This document shows, piece after piece, positions 35,415-45,233 of a stretch of DNA of 64,000 bases. The notes beneath the pieces were generated by a model. The model was not told the origin of the DNA. It did not search any database and saw nothing but the letters and a program-made list of their open reading frames with translations. Position 1 is the stretch's first letter. Each line of letters begins with the position of its first letter. Where the stretch lies: positions 2,626 through 66,625 of the forward strand of contig MERI01000048.1 in assembly GCA_001772005.1 (NCBI GenBank). The letters run 5' to 3'. Position numbers and translations under genes: made by a program. Origin of the DNA: Betaproteobacteria bacterium RIFCSPLOWO2_12_FULL_62_58. GTDB taxonomy: Bacteria; Pseudomonadota; Gammaproteobacteria; Burkholderiales; SG8-41.

Positions 35415-37347
35415 GGGTATCGCCCAGCGCCGGCTCGCGGTCACGCAGCCGCGGTCCGATCACGCCGAGGCGCTGTTTCAACGACTGCACCTGCTCGCCT
35501 AAGGTCTGGGCATAGTAGGTCGCGTTGCTCATCACCTTCTTCACATAGTCGCGGGTTTCGTTGAACGGGATGGTCTCGGCATACACCGCGCCCTCGATCG
35601 CTGCGCCCGGGCGCCAGCTCCTGGCGCGCCCCGGCCCCGCGTTGTAGGCGGCCGACGCCATCACCGGGTGGCCGTCGAGCGTGTCAAGCACGTGGCGCAG
35701 ATAATAGGTCCCCAGACTCACGTTGGTGTCGATCTCGGTGACCTGCGACCAACGCCAGTCCTTCAAGCCCAACTTCTTCGCCACCCAGCTCGCAGTGGCC
35801 GGCATGAGCTGCATCAGTCCGCTCGCTCCGGCGCGCGACTTGGCGTCGGCGATGAAGCGGCTTTCCTGCCGGATCAGACCGTAGACCCAGGCTTCGTCGA
35901 GACCCAGTTCGCCCACCCGAACCTTCAGCACGTCGCGGTATGGCGCGAGATACCGCAGGCTGAAATCGTGCATTGCAACCGTTCTGTCGGCGGTGTTGAT
36001 GGCGCGGTCGTAGATTTCATGGCGTCGCGCAACTTCCGCCGCGGTGAGCAGTTGTTTGTCATCAAAACCGCGGATCGTCCACAGCCATTCGCGTATGCCG
36101 TCGAGGCGCAGATTGAAACGGTAGAGTTCGAGCGCGCGGCGAATGCCGGGAAGCTGGCTGACCGCGCGCAGGTCCTCGGCGCTCGGCTTGAACAGGGTCG
36201 CGGGGCTGGTGATTTTGCCGCCGAGTTCCTCGGTCGCAAGCTGGCCGTAGAAATTGAATTCCGCGGCGAGCGGTTTGAGGATGGCCTCCGCCTCCTCCGA
36301 CTTGCCGAGTGCTTTCAGCGCGCGCGCTTTCCAGTAGCGCCAGCTTGCGTCTTCGCTCTCTTTCTGGGTCATGCCAGCGATGGCGTCGAGCACTTCTTCC
36401 CAGTTCCCGGCGCGCAACGCGGCGCGCGCTTTCCATGCGAGCTGCAAATCGGAGAGATCGGCCGCCCGCGCAAACCAGGCAAGCGCATTCGCGTCGTGGC
36501 GCATCGCGCCGTAATAAGCGATCAGCCCCCACACATAGCCGCGTTCCTCGGCGTTGAAGCGCTCTTCGAGCCGCGCCCAATGGGCCGCGGCCTGCTGCGG
36601 CGAAGTGCGCGCCAGGCGATGCACCGCAAACATCGCGGTCTCGCGCCCGGCGCGGCTCTTGAAATCGGGTTTCTTCTTCTCCAGGTAGCCGCCCGGATTG
36701 GAGGCAATGAAGTTCAACGCCTTGGCGTCGGGCATCTGCCCTTGCGGCAGATACTCCGCGACGCGTCCGGCAAGTCCCGCCTGGCCGGCTTCAAGCACGA
36801 GCCGGATGCGCGTCCACACGTCGTCGCTCGACAGCTGCTGCGACGCCGCCAGGGCGTTGAATAGAGGCGTGCAGCTCTCGGGCAGGTCGCGGCCCACGAA
36901 CCACAGCGGCCGCGCCTCGCGCAGGGCCAGGGTATCGATTCTCACCCTCGACTGCAACGAATAACAGGTGATTTCGAGGTCGTCGTTGAGAAGCTGCGGC
37001 AGTTCGGCTTCGAACAACTCCCACTGCTGGTTCTTGCCGAGCAGCTTCAGCCAGTCATTGCGCAGCCGTTCGGAAAGAGGGCTGTCGCGGTTGGAATTGA
37101 TAAAGCCCCGGACATCCTCCGGGTTAGCCGCATCGAGCCGCGTGCGCAGCCGCCAATACGCGACGTACGATTCGAGCAAGTGGCCCTTGAGGCGCTGCGC
37201 ATAGAGTTCGAGTTTTTTGCTGTCGCCGACGCGGAACGCCTCGCGTGCGGCGAGAAAGTCGTCGTCCCGGCTGGCAGCCGATGCCGAGGCGCTCAACAGG
37301 GCCAGCAACACCCACACCAGCAGTCGTGTCATCATCCTCAAGTCCAC
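35410..37347 (-). CDS. slt: soluble lytic murein transglycosylase
   Basis: Signal peptide; superhelical repeat region; catalytic ESRFIADAKSRAGASGLMQLMP. Confidence 0.92.
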   Translation of the reverse strand: MDLRMMTRLLVWVLLALLSASASAASRDDDFLAAREAFRVGDSKKLELYAQRLKGHLLESYVAYWRLRTRLDAANPEDVRGFINSNRDSPLSERLRNDWLKLLGKNQQWELFEAELPQLLNDDLEITCYSLQSRVRIDTLALREARPLWFVGRDLPESCTPLFNALAASQQLSSDDVWTRIRLVLEAGQAGLAGRVAEYLPQGQMPDAKALNFIASNPGGYLEKKKPDFKSRAGRETAMFAVHRLARTSPQQAAAHWARLEERFNAEERGYVWGLIAYYGAMRHDANALAWFARAADLSDLQLAWKARAALRAGNWEEVLDAIAGMTQKESEDASWRYWKARALKALGKSEEAEAILKPLAAEFNFYGQLATEELGGKITSPATLFKPSAEDLRAVSQLPGIRRALELYRFNLRLDGIREWLWTIRGFDDKQLLTAAEVARRHEIYDRAINTADRTVAMHDFSLRYLAPYRDVLKVRVGELGLDEAWVYGLIRQESRFIADAKSRAGASGLMQLMPATASWVAKKLGLKDWRWSQVTEIDTNVSLGTYYLRHVLDTLDGHPVMASAAYNAGPGRARSWRPGAAIEGAVYAETIPFNETRDYVKKVMSNATYYAQTLGEQVQSLKQRLGVIGPRLRDREPALGDTP

Positions 37348-37364
37348 GTCTTATCTGCTTAATT

Positions 37365-38879
37365 CTAGCCGAGGAACATGCGGTACGCCGCGTTCCTGCT
37401 TTCGTCGCAGTAGGGATAGCCAACCTTCGCGAGAAAGGCGCGGAATTTCTTCTTGTCCTGCGGCGGGACCTGCATGCCGACCAGCACGCGCCCGTAATCG
37501 GCGCCGTGGTTGCGGTAGTGAAACAGGCTGATGTTCCAGCCGCGGCTCATCGCGTTCAGGAACTTCATGAGCGCGCCCGGCCGCTCCGGAAACTCGAAGC
37601 GATAGAGGATCTCGTTGGCGACCGCCGGCGCGTGCCCCCCGACGAGGTGCCGGACATGGAGCTTGGCGAGTTCATTGTCGCTGAAGTCGAGCGTCCTGAG
37701 CCCATGCCTTCGGAGCGAACGCACGAGCCGCGCGGTTTCCTCGCGGTCATGCACCTGCACACCGACAAACACATGCGCTTCCTTCGAATCAGCGTAGCGG
37801 TAGTTGAACTCGGTGATATTGCGCGGCCCGAGCAGCGCGCAGAAGGTCTTGAAGCTGCCAGGCCGCTCCGGGATGGTGACGGCCAGGATCGCCTCGCGCT
37901 GCTCGCCCAACTCGGCTTCCTCGGCGACAAAACGCAGGCGGTCGAAATTCATGTTCGCGCCACAGGCGATCGCGACCAGCGTCTTGCCGCGGATCTTGGT
38001 GCGCTCCACGTAGGCCTTGGCGCCGGCGATCGCGAGTGCGCCCGCCGGCTCGAGGATGGCGCGCGTGTCCTCGAACACGTCCTTGATCGCAGCGCACATC
38101 GCGTCGGTGTCGACCCGGATCATGTCGTCGACGAGTTCCCGGCACAGACGGAAGGTCTCGGCGCCCACCTGCTTCACCGCCACCCCGTCGGCAAACAGCC
38201 CCACCTGATCGAGCTTGACGCGGCGGCCGCTCTTGAGCGACCGATACATCGCGTCGGCATCCTCGGGCTCGACGCCGATCACCTTGATCTCCGGACGCAG
38301 ACGCTTGACGTAGGCGGCGACGCCGGCGATCAGCCCGCCGCCGCCGACCGCGGCGAAAATGGCATGGATCGGTTTCGTGTACTGGCGCAGGATTTCCATG
38401 CCTATCGTGCCCTGGCCGGCGATGACGTCGGGGTCATCGTAGGGATGGACGAAGGTGAGCCGGCGCCTGCGCTCGAGTTCGCGCGCGTGGAGGCTGGCCT
38501 CGTCGTAGGAGTCGCCGTGGAGCACCACATTGGCGCCCCGCGCGCGCACTGCGTCGACCTTGATCTGAGGCGTGGTCACCGGCATCACGATCGTCGCCTC
38601 GCAGCCCAGCTTCTGCGCCGCCAGCGCGACCCCCTGCGCATGGTTGCCGGCGGAGGCCGTGATGACACCGCGCTTCAATGCCGCCGCCGGGAGCTTCACC
38701 ATCTTGTTGTAGGCGCCGCGCAGCTTGAACGAAAACACCGGCTGCATGTCCTCGCGCTTGAGCAACAGGCGGTTGTGCATGCGCCGCGAAAGACTGGGCG
38801 CGACTTCCAGCGGACTCTCGATCGCGACATCGTAGACCCGCGCGTTGAGGATGCGCTCCAGGTAGTCGATTTTCTTCAT
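37365..38879 (-). CDS. ilvA: biosynthetic threonine ammonia-lyase
   Basis: MKKIDYLERILNARVYDV...FSFKLRGAYN...; two C-terminal ACT-like regulatory domains. Collinear with E. coli IlvA. Start trimmed to 38879. Confidence 0.93.
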   Translation of the reverse strand: MKKIDYLERILNARVYDVAIESPLEVAPSLSRRMHNRLLLKREDMQPVFSFKLRGAYNKMVKLPAAALKRGVITASAGNHAQGVALAAQKLGCEATIVMPVTTPQIKVDAVRARGANVVLHGDSYDEASLHARELERRRRLTFVHPYDDPDVIAGQGTIGMEILRQYTKPIHAIFAAVGGGGLIAGVAAYVKRLRPEIKVIGVEPEDADAMYRSLKSGRRVKLDQVGLFADGVAVKQVGAETFRLCRELVDDMIRVDTDAMCAAIKDVFEDTRAILEPAGALAIAGAKAYVERTKIRGKTLVAIACGANMNFDRLRFVAEEAELGEQREAILAVTIPERPGSFKTFCALLGPRNITEFNYRYADSKEAHVFVGVQVHDREETARLVRSLRRHGLRTLDFSDNELAKLHVRHLVGGHAPAVANEILYRFEFPERPGALMKFLNAMSRGWNISLFHYRNHGADYGRVLVGMQVPPQDKKKFRAFLAKVGYPYCDESRNAAYRMFLG

Positions 38880-38931
38880 ATCAGGCACGGAGAAAGCAGG
38901 ACGCCAAGGGTAGCAGGAATGGGGAGTTAGG

Positions 38932-39019
38932 GTAAGCGGTAAGCAGTAAGCGGAACCACAGCGAAAGCGGGCCTTGCTGCTCACCGCTCACTGTTTACCG
39001 TTTACCGTTTCCCGTTTAC
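38932..39019. repeat. Inverted heptamer arrays (GTAAGCG x3 / NGNTNAC x6) in the divergent ilvA-rpiA spacer
   Basis: gtaagcg gtaagca gtaagcg (38932-38952); tgctcac cgctcac tgtttac cgtttac cgtttcc cgtttac (38978-39019). Confidence 0.85.
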
Positions 39020-39030
39020 CATCCTCGATA

Positions 39031-39693
39031 ATGACCCAGGACGAAATGAAACAAGCGGCCGCCAAAGCCGCACTCGCCCACGTTGCCGCCGACGGCGTGG
39101 TCGGCGTGGGCACGGGATCGACCGCCAATTTCTTTATCGCCGAGCTCGGCCGGATCAAGCACAAGCTCGATGGCGCGGTCGCGAGCTCGGAAGCCTCGGC
39201 GCAGCGCCTGAAGCAGCTTGGCATCCCGGTGCTGGAGTTGAACAGCGTCAAGGACCTGCCGGTCTATGTTGACGGCGCTGACGAAATCACCCGTCACCTT
39301 GCCATGATCAAAGGGGGCGGCGGCGCCCTCACCCGCGAAAAAATCGTGGCGGCGGTCGCGCGCAAGTTCGTGTGCATTGCCGATGAAACCAAGCTCGTCG
39401 AGGTGCTCGGCAAGTTTCCGCTCCCGGTCGAGGTGATCCCCATGGCGCGCTCTTACGTCGCGCGCGAACTCGTGAAGCTGGGCGGCCAGCCGGAGTGGCG
39501 CCGGGGTTTTACAACCGACAACGGCAACGTCATCCTCGATGTGCATAATCTCGAGATTCTCAAGCCCGTCGAGCTGGAGACCACGATCAATCAGATCGCC
39601 GGGGTCGTAACCAACGGGCTTTTCGCGCGCCGCGGCGCCGACGTGCTGTTGCTCGGTACCGCAGGCGGCGTGCAGACGTTCACGCGAAAATGA
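39031..39693 (+). CDS. rpiA: ribose-5-phosphate isomerase A
   Basis: [15 protein letters not shown]...GVGTGSTA...DGADE...[13 protein letters not shown]; collinear with E. coli RpiA. Confidence 0.95.
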   Translation: MTQDEMKQAAAKAALAHVAADGVVGVGTGSTANFFIAELGRIKHKLDGAVASSEASAQRLKQLGIPVLELNSVKDLPVYVDGADEITRHLAMIKGGGGALTREKIVAAVARKFVCIADETKLVEVLGKFPLPVEVIPMARSYVARELVKLGGQPEWRRGFTTDNGNVILDVHNLEILKPVELETTINQIAGVVTNGLFARRGADVLLLGTAGGVQTFTRK

Positions 39694-39870
39694 ATGGACA
39701 TCAAACCGTCACTATTGGCTGCTAGCGTCGCAAGTCCTCTTTTTTGACGAAGAGGGATAGCGCCTCGCCTCGGGATTATTTATACTTCACGCATCTCGAT
39801 CACGCACCAAGAGCGCACAGCAACGATGACCGTCCAGCACACGTCCGGGCCAGATCGCAGTGCACAAGCG

Positions 39871-39910
39871 TAGCAGCCTGTCGAAGCGCCAAGTCCGACA
39901 GGCTGCTAGC
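39871..39910. repeat. Solo REP hairpin (type B end of the REPIN-like element)
   Basis: tagcagcctgtcg aagcgccaagt ccgacaggctgctagc. Confidence 0.8.
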
Positions 39911-40004
39911 GCCTTCGTCGCCCCCAGCGTCAACTTCCCGCGCTTTGCGCGCGGGCCCGTGCCCCAGCCGCTCTTCTCCTTCGACACTGCAACAGCCTGC
40001 TGCC

Positions 40005-41522
40005 ATGGCTGAATACTCCTCGCTCGCAGCCGTCGACCTGGGCTCAAATAGTTTCCACTGCCAGATCGCCCGCGTGGTCGGCGATCAGATCTACCCGCTC
40101 GATGCGCTGCGCGAGCCGGTGCGCGTCGGCGCCGGGCTCACCGAGGACAAGACGCTGGACGAGGAGTCCCAGGAACGCGCACTTGCTTGCCTGCAGCGCT
40201 TTGGTGAGCGGTTGCGCGGATTCGACCGGCACACGGTGCGCGCGCTCGGCACCAACACGCTGCGGGTGGCCAAGAACGCTGCCGCGTTCCTGAAGAAGGC
40301 CGAGGCCGCGCTCGGCTTTCCAATCGAGGTCGTGGCCGGGCGCGAAGAGGCGCGGCTGATTTACCTGGGCGTGGCGCACAGCCTGCCGGTGTCCAAGGAA
40401 AGGCGCCTGGTCGTGGACATCGGCGGCGGCTCGACCGAAATCATCATCGGCGCCAATCACCGGCCGCAGAAGCTGGACAGCCTGTTCATGGGCTGCGTCT
40501 CCTACAGCCTGCGCTTTTTTCCAGACGGCAAGGTCAGCAAGGCCGCGATGAAACAGGCTGAGCTTGCGGCGCGCACCGAATTGCAGCCGATCGTCGCCGG
40601 CTTCTCGCGTCGCAACTGGCAGCAGGCGGTGGGCTCGTCGGGGACGGTGCGCGCGCTTGCCGATATCCTGCAGCTGAACGGCTTCGGCGACGGGCATATC
40701 ACACCTGACGGCATCGACCGCCTGCGTAGTTGCCTCATCAAAGCCGGTGACATGGCCAGGACCGAACTCGCGGGTCTGCGCCCCGACCGGGTGCCGGTGC
40801 TGCCGGGCGGGCTCGCCATCCTGAACGCCTTGCTGTCCGAACTCGATATCGACACCATGGTGGCAGCGACCGGCGCCATGCGCCAGGGCATGCTCTACGA
40901 CATGCTCGGCCGTTTCCACCACAAAGACATGCGCGATGTGACGGTGAGTCAGTTCATGCAGCGCTATCACGTTGATGCGCTGCAGGCGCGGCGCGTCGGC
41001 GCGCTTGCCAACGCGCTCTACAACAAGCTCACCGCCGACGCCGGGAAGGCGAACGAAGCCGCACCGAACTACATTGCGTGGGCCGCCAAGCTGCACGAGA
41101 TCGGCATCTCGGTCGCCTACAGCGGCTACCACAAGCACTCGGCCTACATCATCAACAACGCCGATATGCCGGGTTTTTCGCGCGACGAGCAAACGCGACT
41201 GTCCCTGCTGGTGCTGTCGCACCGCCGCTCGCTAAAAAGGGTCTCCGAGAAAGCCGATGTGGACGTCGACTGGAACCTGGTGCTGGCGCTGCGGCTCGCC
41301 GCGCTGCTCTGCCGCCGTCGCTGCGACGTCACGCTGCCGCCGATCCAGGCCAGGGCGCAGGGGCGCAAGTTCCGCCTCACCCTCGAGCTCGACTGGCTGC
41401 TGAGGAACCCACTCACAGTCACCGCGCTGCGCGACGAAGCAAGAGAGTGGGACAGGATCGGGTTCGAACTCAACATCAAACCGCTGCAGGAACTGGAAGC
41501 CACCGATCTGATCGCCGCCTGA
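40005..41522 (+). CDS. ppx: exopolyphosphatase (Ppx/GppA family)
   Basis: MAEYSSLAAVDLGSNSFHCQIARV...DIGGGSTE; start trimmed from 39744. Confidence 0.92.
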   Translation: MAEYSSLAAVDLGSNSFHCQIARVVGDQIYPLDALREPVRVGAGLTEDKTLDEESQERALACLQRFGERLRGFDRHTVRALGTNTLRVAKNAAAFLKKAEAALGFPIEVVAGREEARLIYLGVAHSLPVSKERRLVVDIGGGSTEIIIGANHRPQKLDSLFMGCVSYSLRFFPDGKVSKAAMKQAELAARTELQPIVAGFSRRNWQQAVGSSGTVRALADILQLNGFGDGHITPDGIDRLRSCLIKAGDMARTELAGLRPDRVPVLPGGLAILNALLSELDIDTMVAATGAMRQGMLYDMLGRFHHKDMRDVTVSQFMQRYHVDALQARRVGALANALYNKLTADAGKANEAAPNYIAWAAKLHEIGISVAYSGYHKHSAYIINNADMPGFSRDEQTRLSLLVLSHRRSLKRVSEKADVDVDWNLVLALRLAALLCRRRCDVTLPPIQARAQGRKFRLTLELDWLLRNPLTVTALRDEAREWDRIGFELNIKPLQELEATDLIAA

Positions 41523-41592
41523 GGCTGTCGCCTTCAGGCGCCGGTTGTCCAACGCGGCGGCATGACTGTCCATTCACCATTTACGATCGACC

Positions 41593-43557
41593 GTGTTGCG
41601 AAATAAATCCGCCTTGACACGCATGCGCGGGACAACGGTGCCGCAGACCATGCGCGCCGCGGGCCGTATCGCCGACCTGCGCTGGCCAGGCAGCAATGCC
41701 GACACACGCGGGTTGCTGGAGCGTATGCAGACGTTGCGCACTGCGGTGCGTGCGGTAGGGCGCACGCTCGCCAAAAACTGGCGTCCGCACTTGCGCAAAC
41801 GCGAATTCCTGTCGAGCGCGGCAAACCTCGCCACCTACATCGGCCTGCGCCGCCACGACCTGCGTCCGATCCAGGATCATCTCACCACGCTCGGCCTGTC
41901 GTCCCTTGGCCGCTGCGAGGGCCATGTGATGGCGACTCTCGATGCGGTGATTCACGCGCTACAGCAAATGACCGGTGCGCGTGTGCCGCGCGGACGCGTT
42001 GCCAGCGTGGCGCGCGCGATGACGCGCGATCAGGTGCTCCTGCGCCGCCACACCAACCGGCTGTTCGGCGCGCCGTCCGCGAACCGCTGGACGCGCTTCA
42101 TGGTGACCCTGCCGACCGAAGCCGCGACCGATTACGGCTTTGTGCGTGACCTGCTGAAACACGGCATGGATTGCGCGCGCATCAACTGCGCGCACGACGG
42201 GCCTCCGGCATGGCGGGCGATGGTCCGCAACATCCGCCGCGCCGAACGCGAGACCGGCCGGCCATGCCGCATCCTGATGGAGCTGGGCGGGCCGAAGCTG
42301 CGCACCGGGCCGGTAAGAACCGGGAAACCGCTGCTGCGAATCAAGGTCCGGCGCGATGCGGAAGGACGGCCGCAACAGCCGACGCAGGTGATTCTCGACG
42401 CCTCGGCACAGGCCGGCCATGCGGCGCCGACCGGCAAGGCTGGCGGCAGCGCGCCGGCGCGCATTGCAGTCGAGCGCGCCTGGCTCGACCACCTCCGGGC
42501 GGGCGATGCCGTCGAATTGGTCGACCTCAGGGGGCGCGAGCGCCGCTTAGCCGTAGGCAAGCGATTGTCAGATACCGCGCGCCTGGCGCGCGCAAGCCGC
42601 GGCGCCTGGATCGATGAAACCACGGTGCTCACGCACGCACCCAGACGCGGCATGGGCCGGGGCGGCGGGACGACCACGGTCGGCGCTATCGCCGCGCCGC
42701 CACTCGAGATCCGGCTCGAAAACGACGATCTGCTGCTGCTCACGCGCGAGGTGGTGCCGGGCGAACCCAAGCGTGTGAGCAAGCGTGGCGAGACGCTCGC
42801 GCCGGCCCGCATCTCGTGCAGCGAGCCGCAGATCTTTTCCACGCTCAAGGTCGGCCACCATGTCTGGATAGACGACGGCAAGATTGGAGCCCTCGTCGAA
42901 GCGCTCAACGAGCGCGGCGCGTGGCTGCGTGTCACGCATGCGCGTCCCGGCGGGGAACGCATCGGTCCCGGCAAGGGCCTCAATTTCCCCGACACCGAGA
43001 TTCCGCTGCCGGCACTCTCTGCATCCGATCTCGCCGATCTCGACCTTGCCGCGCGGCACGCCGACATTATCGGCTTTTCGTTCGTGCGCAGCGCCGCCGA
43101 CATGGACGAGCTGGTGCGGGCGCTGGCCAAGCGCGGGCGTCCCAGCCTCGGCCTCATCGCCAAGATCGAGACGCGCGCCGCGGTCAACAACCTGCCCGAG
43201 ATCATCATTCACGGCGCCGGCAGCCATGCGTTCGGCGTGATGATCGCGCGCGGCGATCTTGCGGTGGAAATCGGCTATGAGCGGCTGGCGGAGATCCAGG
43301 AGGAAATCCTGTGGCTGTGCGAGGCCGCGCATGTTCCCGTGGTCTGGGCCACCCAGGTCCTCGAAGGGCTGGTCAAGCGCGGCCGGCCGTCGCGCGCCGA
43401 AATCTCGGACGCCGCGATGTCGGAACGCGCCGAGTGCGTAATGCTGAACAAGGGGCCATACCTGTTCCAGGCGCTATCGGTGCTCGACAACGTCGTCGCC
43501 CGCATGCAGTTTCACCAGCGTAAGAAGACCGCGCGATTTCGGGCGCTGCACTGGTAG
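41593..43557 (+). CDS. atypical pyruvate-kinase-family protein with long N-terminal extension and no C-terminal allosteric domain; start uncertain
   Basis: FMVTLPTEA...GMDCARINCAHD...ILMELGGPKLRTG...AKIETRAAV...MIARGDLAVEIG...WATQVLE...SRAEISDAA parallels PK barrel motifs. Confidence 0.7.
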   Translation: MLRNKSALTRMRGTTVPQTMRAAGRIADLRWPGSNADTRGLLERMQTLRTAVRAVGRTLAKNWRPHLRKREFLSSAANLATYIGLRRHDLRPIQDHLTTLGLSSLGRCEGHVMATLDAVIHALQQMTGARVPRGRVASVARAMTRDQVLLRRHTNRLFGAPSANRWTRFMVTLPTEAATDYGFVRDLLKHGMDCARINCAHDGPPAWRAMVRNIRRAERETGRPCRILMELGGPKLRTGPVRTGKPLLRIKVRRDAEGRPQQPTQVILDASAQAGHAAPTGKAGGSAPARIAVERAWLDHLRAGDAVELVDLRGRERRLAVGKRLSDTARLARASRGAWIDETTVLTHAPRRGMGRGGGTTTVGAIAAPPLEIRLENDDLLLLTREVVPGEPKRVSKRGETLAPARISCSEPQIFSTLKVGHHVWIDDGKIGALVEALNERGAWLRVTHARPGGERIGPGKGLNFPDTEIPLPALSASDLADLDLAARHADIIGFSFVRSAADMDELVRALAKRGRPSLGLIAKIETRAAVNNLPEIIIHGAGSHAFGVMIARGDLAVEIGYERLAEIQEEILWLCEAAHVPVVWATQVLEGLVKRGRPSRAEISDAAMSERAECVMLNKGPYLFQALSVLDNVVARMQFHQRKKTARFRALHW

Positions 43558-43565
43558 CAAGAAGA

Positions 43566-43723
43566 GCAGTGAATGGTGAACGATCAACGTTGAGCGGTGA
43601 GCGGTGAGCGGTGAACGGCAAACAATGAAGCGGGATCTTGCCGCTATTGGCGGCCCGCTGTATACCTCCAGTTTCCGTCCGGTCAGCGCTTACCGCTCGC
43701 GGCTTACCGCTTACCGCTTACCG
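43566..43723. repeat. Inverted heptamer arrays (NNGGTGA x8 / CTTACCG x6) around a 60-nt centre
   Basis: gcggtga x3 perfect at 43594-43614; cttaccg x3 perfect at 43703-43723. The right arm contains the pap stop codon. Confidence 0.9.
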
Positions 43724-45219
43724 CCTGCCTTCTTGACGCGCGCGAGCGCCGCCTCGATTGCCTGGCACAGGGTTTTCAATACCTTGATCCGCGCGTGATA
43801 CTTGTTGTTCGCCTCGACCAGCGTCCACGGCGCGAGCGAGGTTGAGGTGCGGTCCACCATGTCGCATACCGCCAATTCGTAATCGTCCCATTTCTTGCGG
43901 TTGCGCCAGTCCTCGGCCGTGATCTTGAAACGCTTGAAGGAAATCGTTTCGCGCGCCTTGAAGCGCTTGTGCTGTTCGTCCTTGCCGATCGCGAGCCAGA
44001 ACTTGACGACCACGATGTTTTGCCGTGCGAGCTCCTGCTCGAAATCGTTGATCTCGGTATAGGCGCGCATCCAATCGGCCTCGGAACAAAACCCCTCGAC
44101 GCGCTCGACCAGCACGCGGCCGTACCACGAGCGGTCGAAGATCACGAAGCGGCCGCGCCGCGGGACGTGACGCCAGAACCGCCACAGATAGGGCTGCGCG
44201 CGTTCCTCTTCGGTCGGTGCGGCGACCGAAATATTCTGGTAACGCCGCGCATCAAGCGCGCCCGTTACGCGCCGGATCGCGCCGCCCTTGCCGGCGGCAT
44301 CGTTGCCTTCGAACACCGCAACTACCGCGATGTCCCTGTAACGCGGATCGCGCGATACTATATTGAGCCGGCCCTGCCATTTTTCGAGCTGCTTCTCGTA
44401 CTCCTGCTTCGACACGTCCTGATCGAGCTGGAGCGCCCGCAGCACGTTGAGCTTATCGATCGACGGCAGCAGCGGCGGGTTCTTGTCCGGGAGCCGCTTA
44501 ACCGGCTTCTCGTCGAGCCGCTCGCGCAGCGCCGCGAGCAGCGTCTTGCCCACCGTGAGGCTGCGGTGGGGAGGGTTGGCGCCCGGCACCACGAGCCACG
44601 GCGCCTCGCCGGTGCTGGTCTTGCGCAGGAACGGCTCGCACACCTTGTTGAAGCGATCGTAGAGCTTGTATAGCGCCCAGTCATTCTTGGTCACGCGCCA
44701 GCTGGTCTTGGGATCCTTCTCCAATGCCTTGAGCCGCTTCTTCTGCTGCTCCTTCGAAAGATGGAACCAGAACTTGAGCAGCAGCACGCCCTCGTCGGTG
44801 AGCATTTTCTCAAAGCGCAGGATCTCGGCGATGTGCTGGTCGAACCTGCCGGCGCCGATGCGCCCCATCACGCGGTCAACGACCGGCTGGGTGTGCCAGG
44901 CGCCGAAGAAGACGCCGATCTTGCCCTTGGGCGGCAGCGCGCGCCAGTAACGCCACATGCGCGGGCGCTCGTTTTCCTCGTCGGAAGGATCGGCAAAGCC
45001 GCTCGCCTCGATGTGGCGCGGATCCATCCACTCGTTGAGCAGGTTGACCGTCTCGCCCTTGCCGGCGCCCTCGACGCCCGCGACCAGGATCAGCACCGGA
45101 AAACGGCCGTTCTGCTTGAGATCGTACTGCGCGTTGAGCAGCGCCTCCCGCAGTTTGGGCTCCTGTCGGCGATAGGCAGTCTTGTCCACCTTGTGATAGA
45201 GATTCGCGGATTCGAACAT
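43711..45219 (-). CDS. pap: two-domain PPK2 (polyphosphate:AMP phosphotransferase type)
   Basis: MFESANLYHKVDK...; two PPK2 P-loops (VAGVEGAGKGE and FEGNDAAGKGG). AAGGAG RBS before 45219; the track ORF is over-extended. Confidence 0.88.
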   Translation of the reverse strand: MFESANLYHKVDKTAYRRQEPKLREALLNAQYDLKQNGRFPVLILVAGVEGAGKGETVNLLNEWMDPRHIEASGFADPSDEENERPRMWRYWRALPPKGKIGVFFGAWHTQPVVDRVMGRIGAGRFDQHIAEILRFEKMLTDEGVLLLKFWFHLSKEQQKKRLKALEKDPKTSWRVTKNDWALYKLYDRFNKVCEPFLRKTSTGEAPWLVVPGANPPHRSLTVGKTLLAALRERLDEKPVKRLPDKNPPLLPSIDKLNVLRALQLDQDVSKQEYEKQLEKWQGRLNIVSRDPRYRDIAVVAVFEGNDAAGKGGAIRRVTGALDARRYQNISVAAPTEEERAQPYLWRFWRHVPRRGRFVIFDRSWYGRVLVERVEGFCSEADWMRAYTEINDFEQELARQNIVVVKFWLAIGKDEQHKRFKARETISFKRFKITAEDWRNRKKWDDYELAVCDMVDRTSTSLAPWTLVEANNKYHARIKVLKTLCQAIEAALARVKKAGGKR

Positions 45220-45233
45220 GGGTTTTCTCCTTT

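Noticed and set aside
40044-41222. Minus-strand 392-aa ORF
   Set aside because: It is antisense to ppx, which has the Ppx/GppA DLGSNS and DIGGGS motifs.
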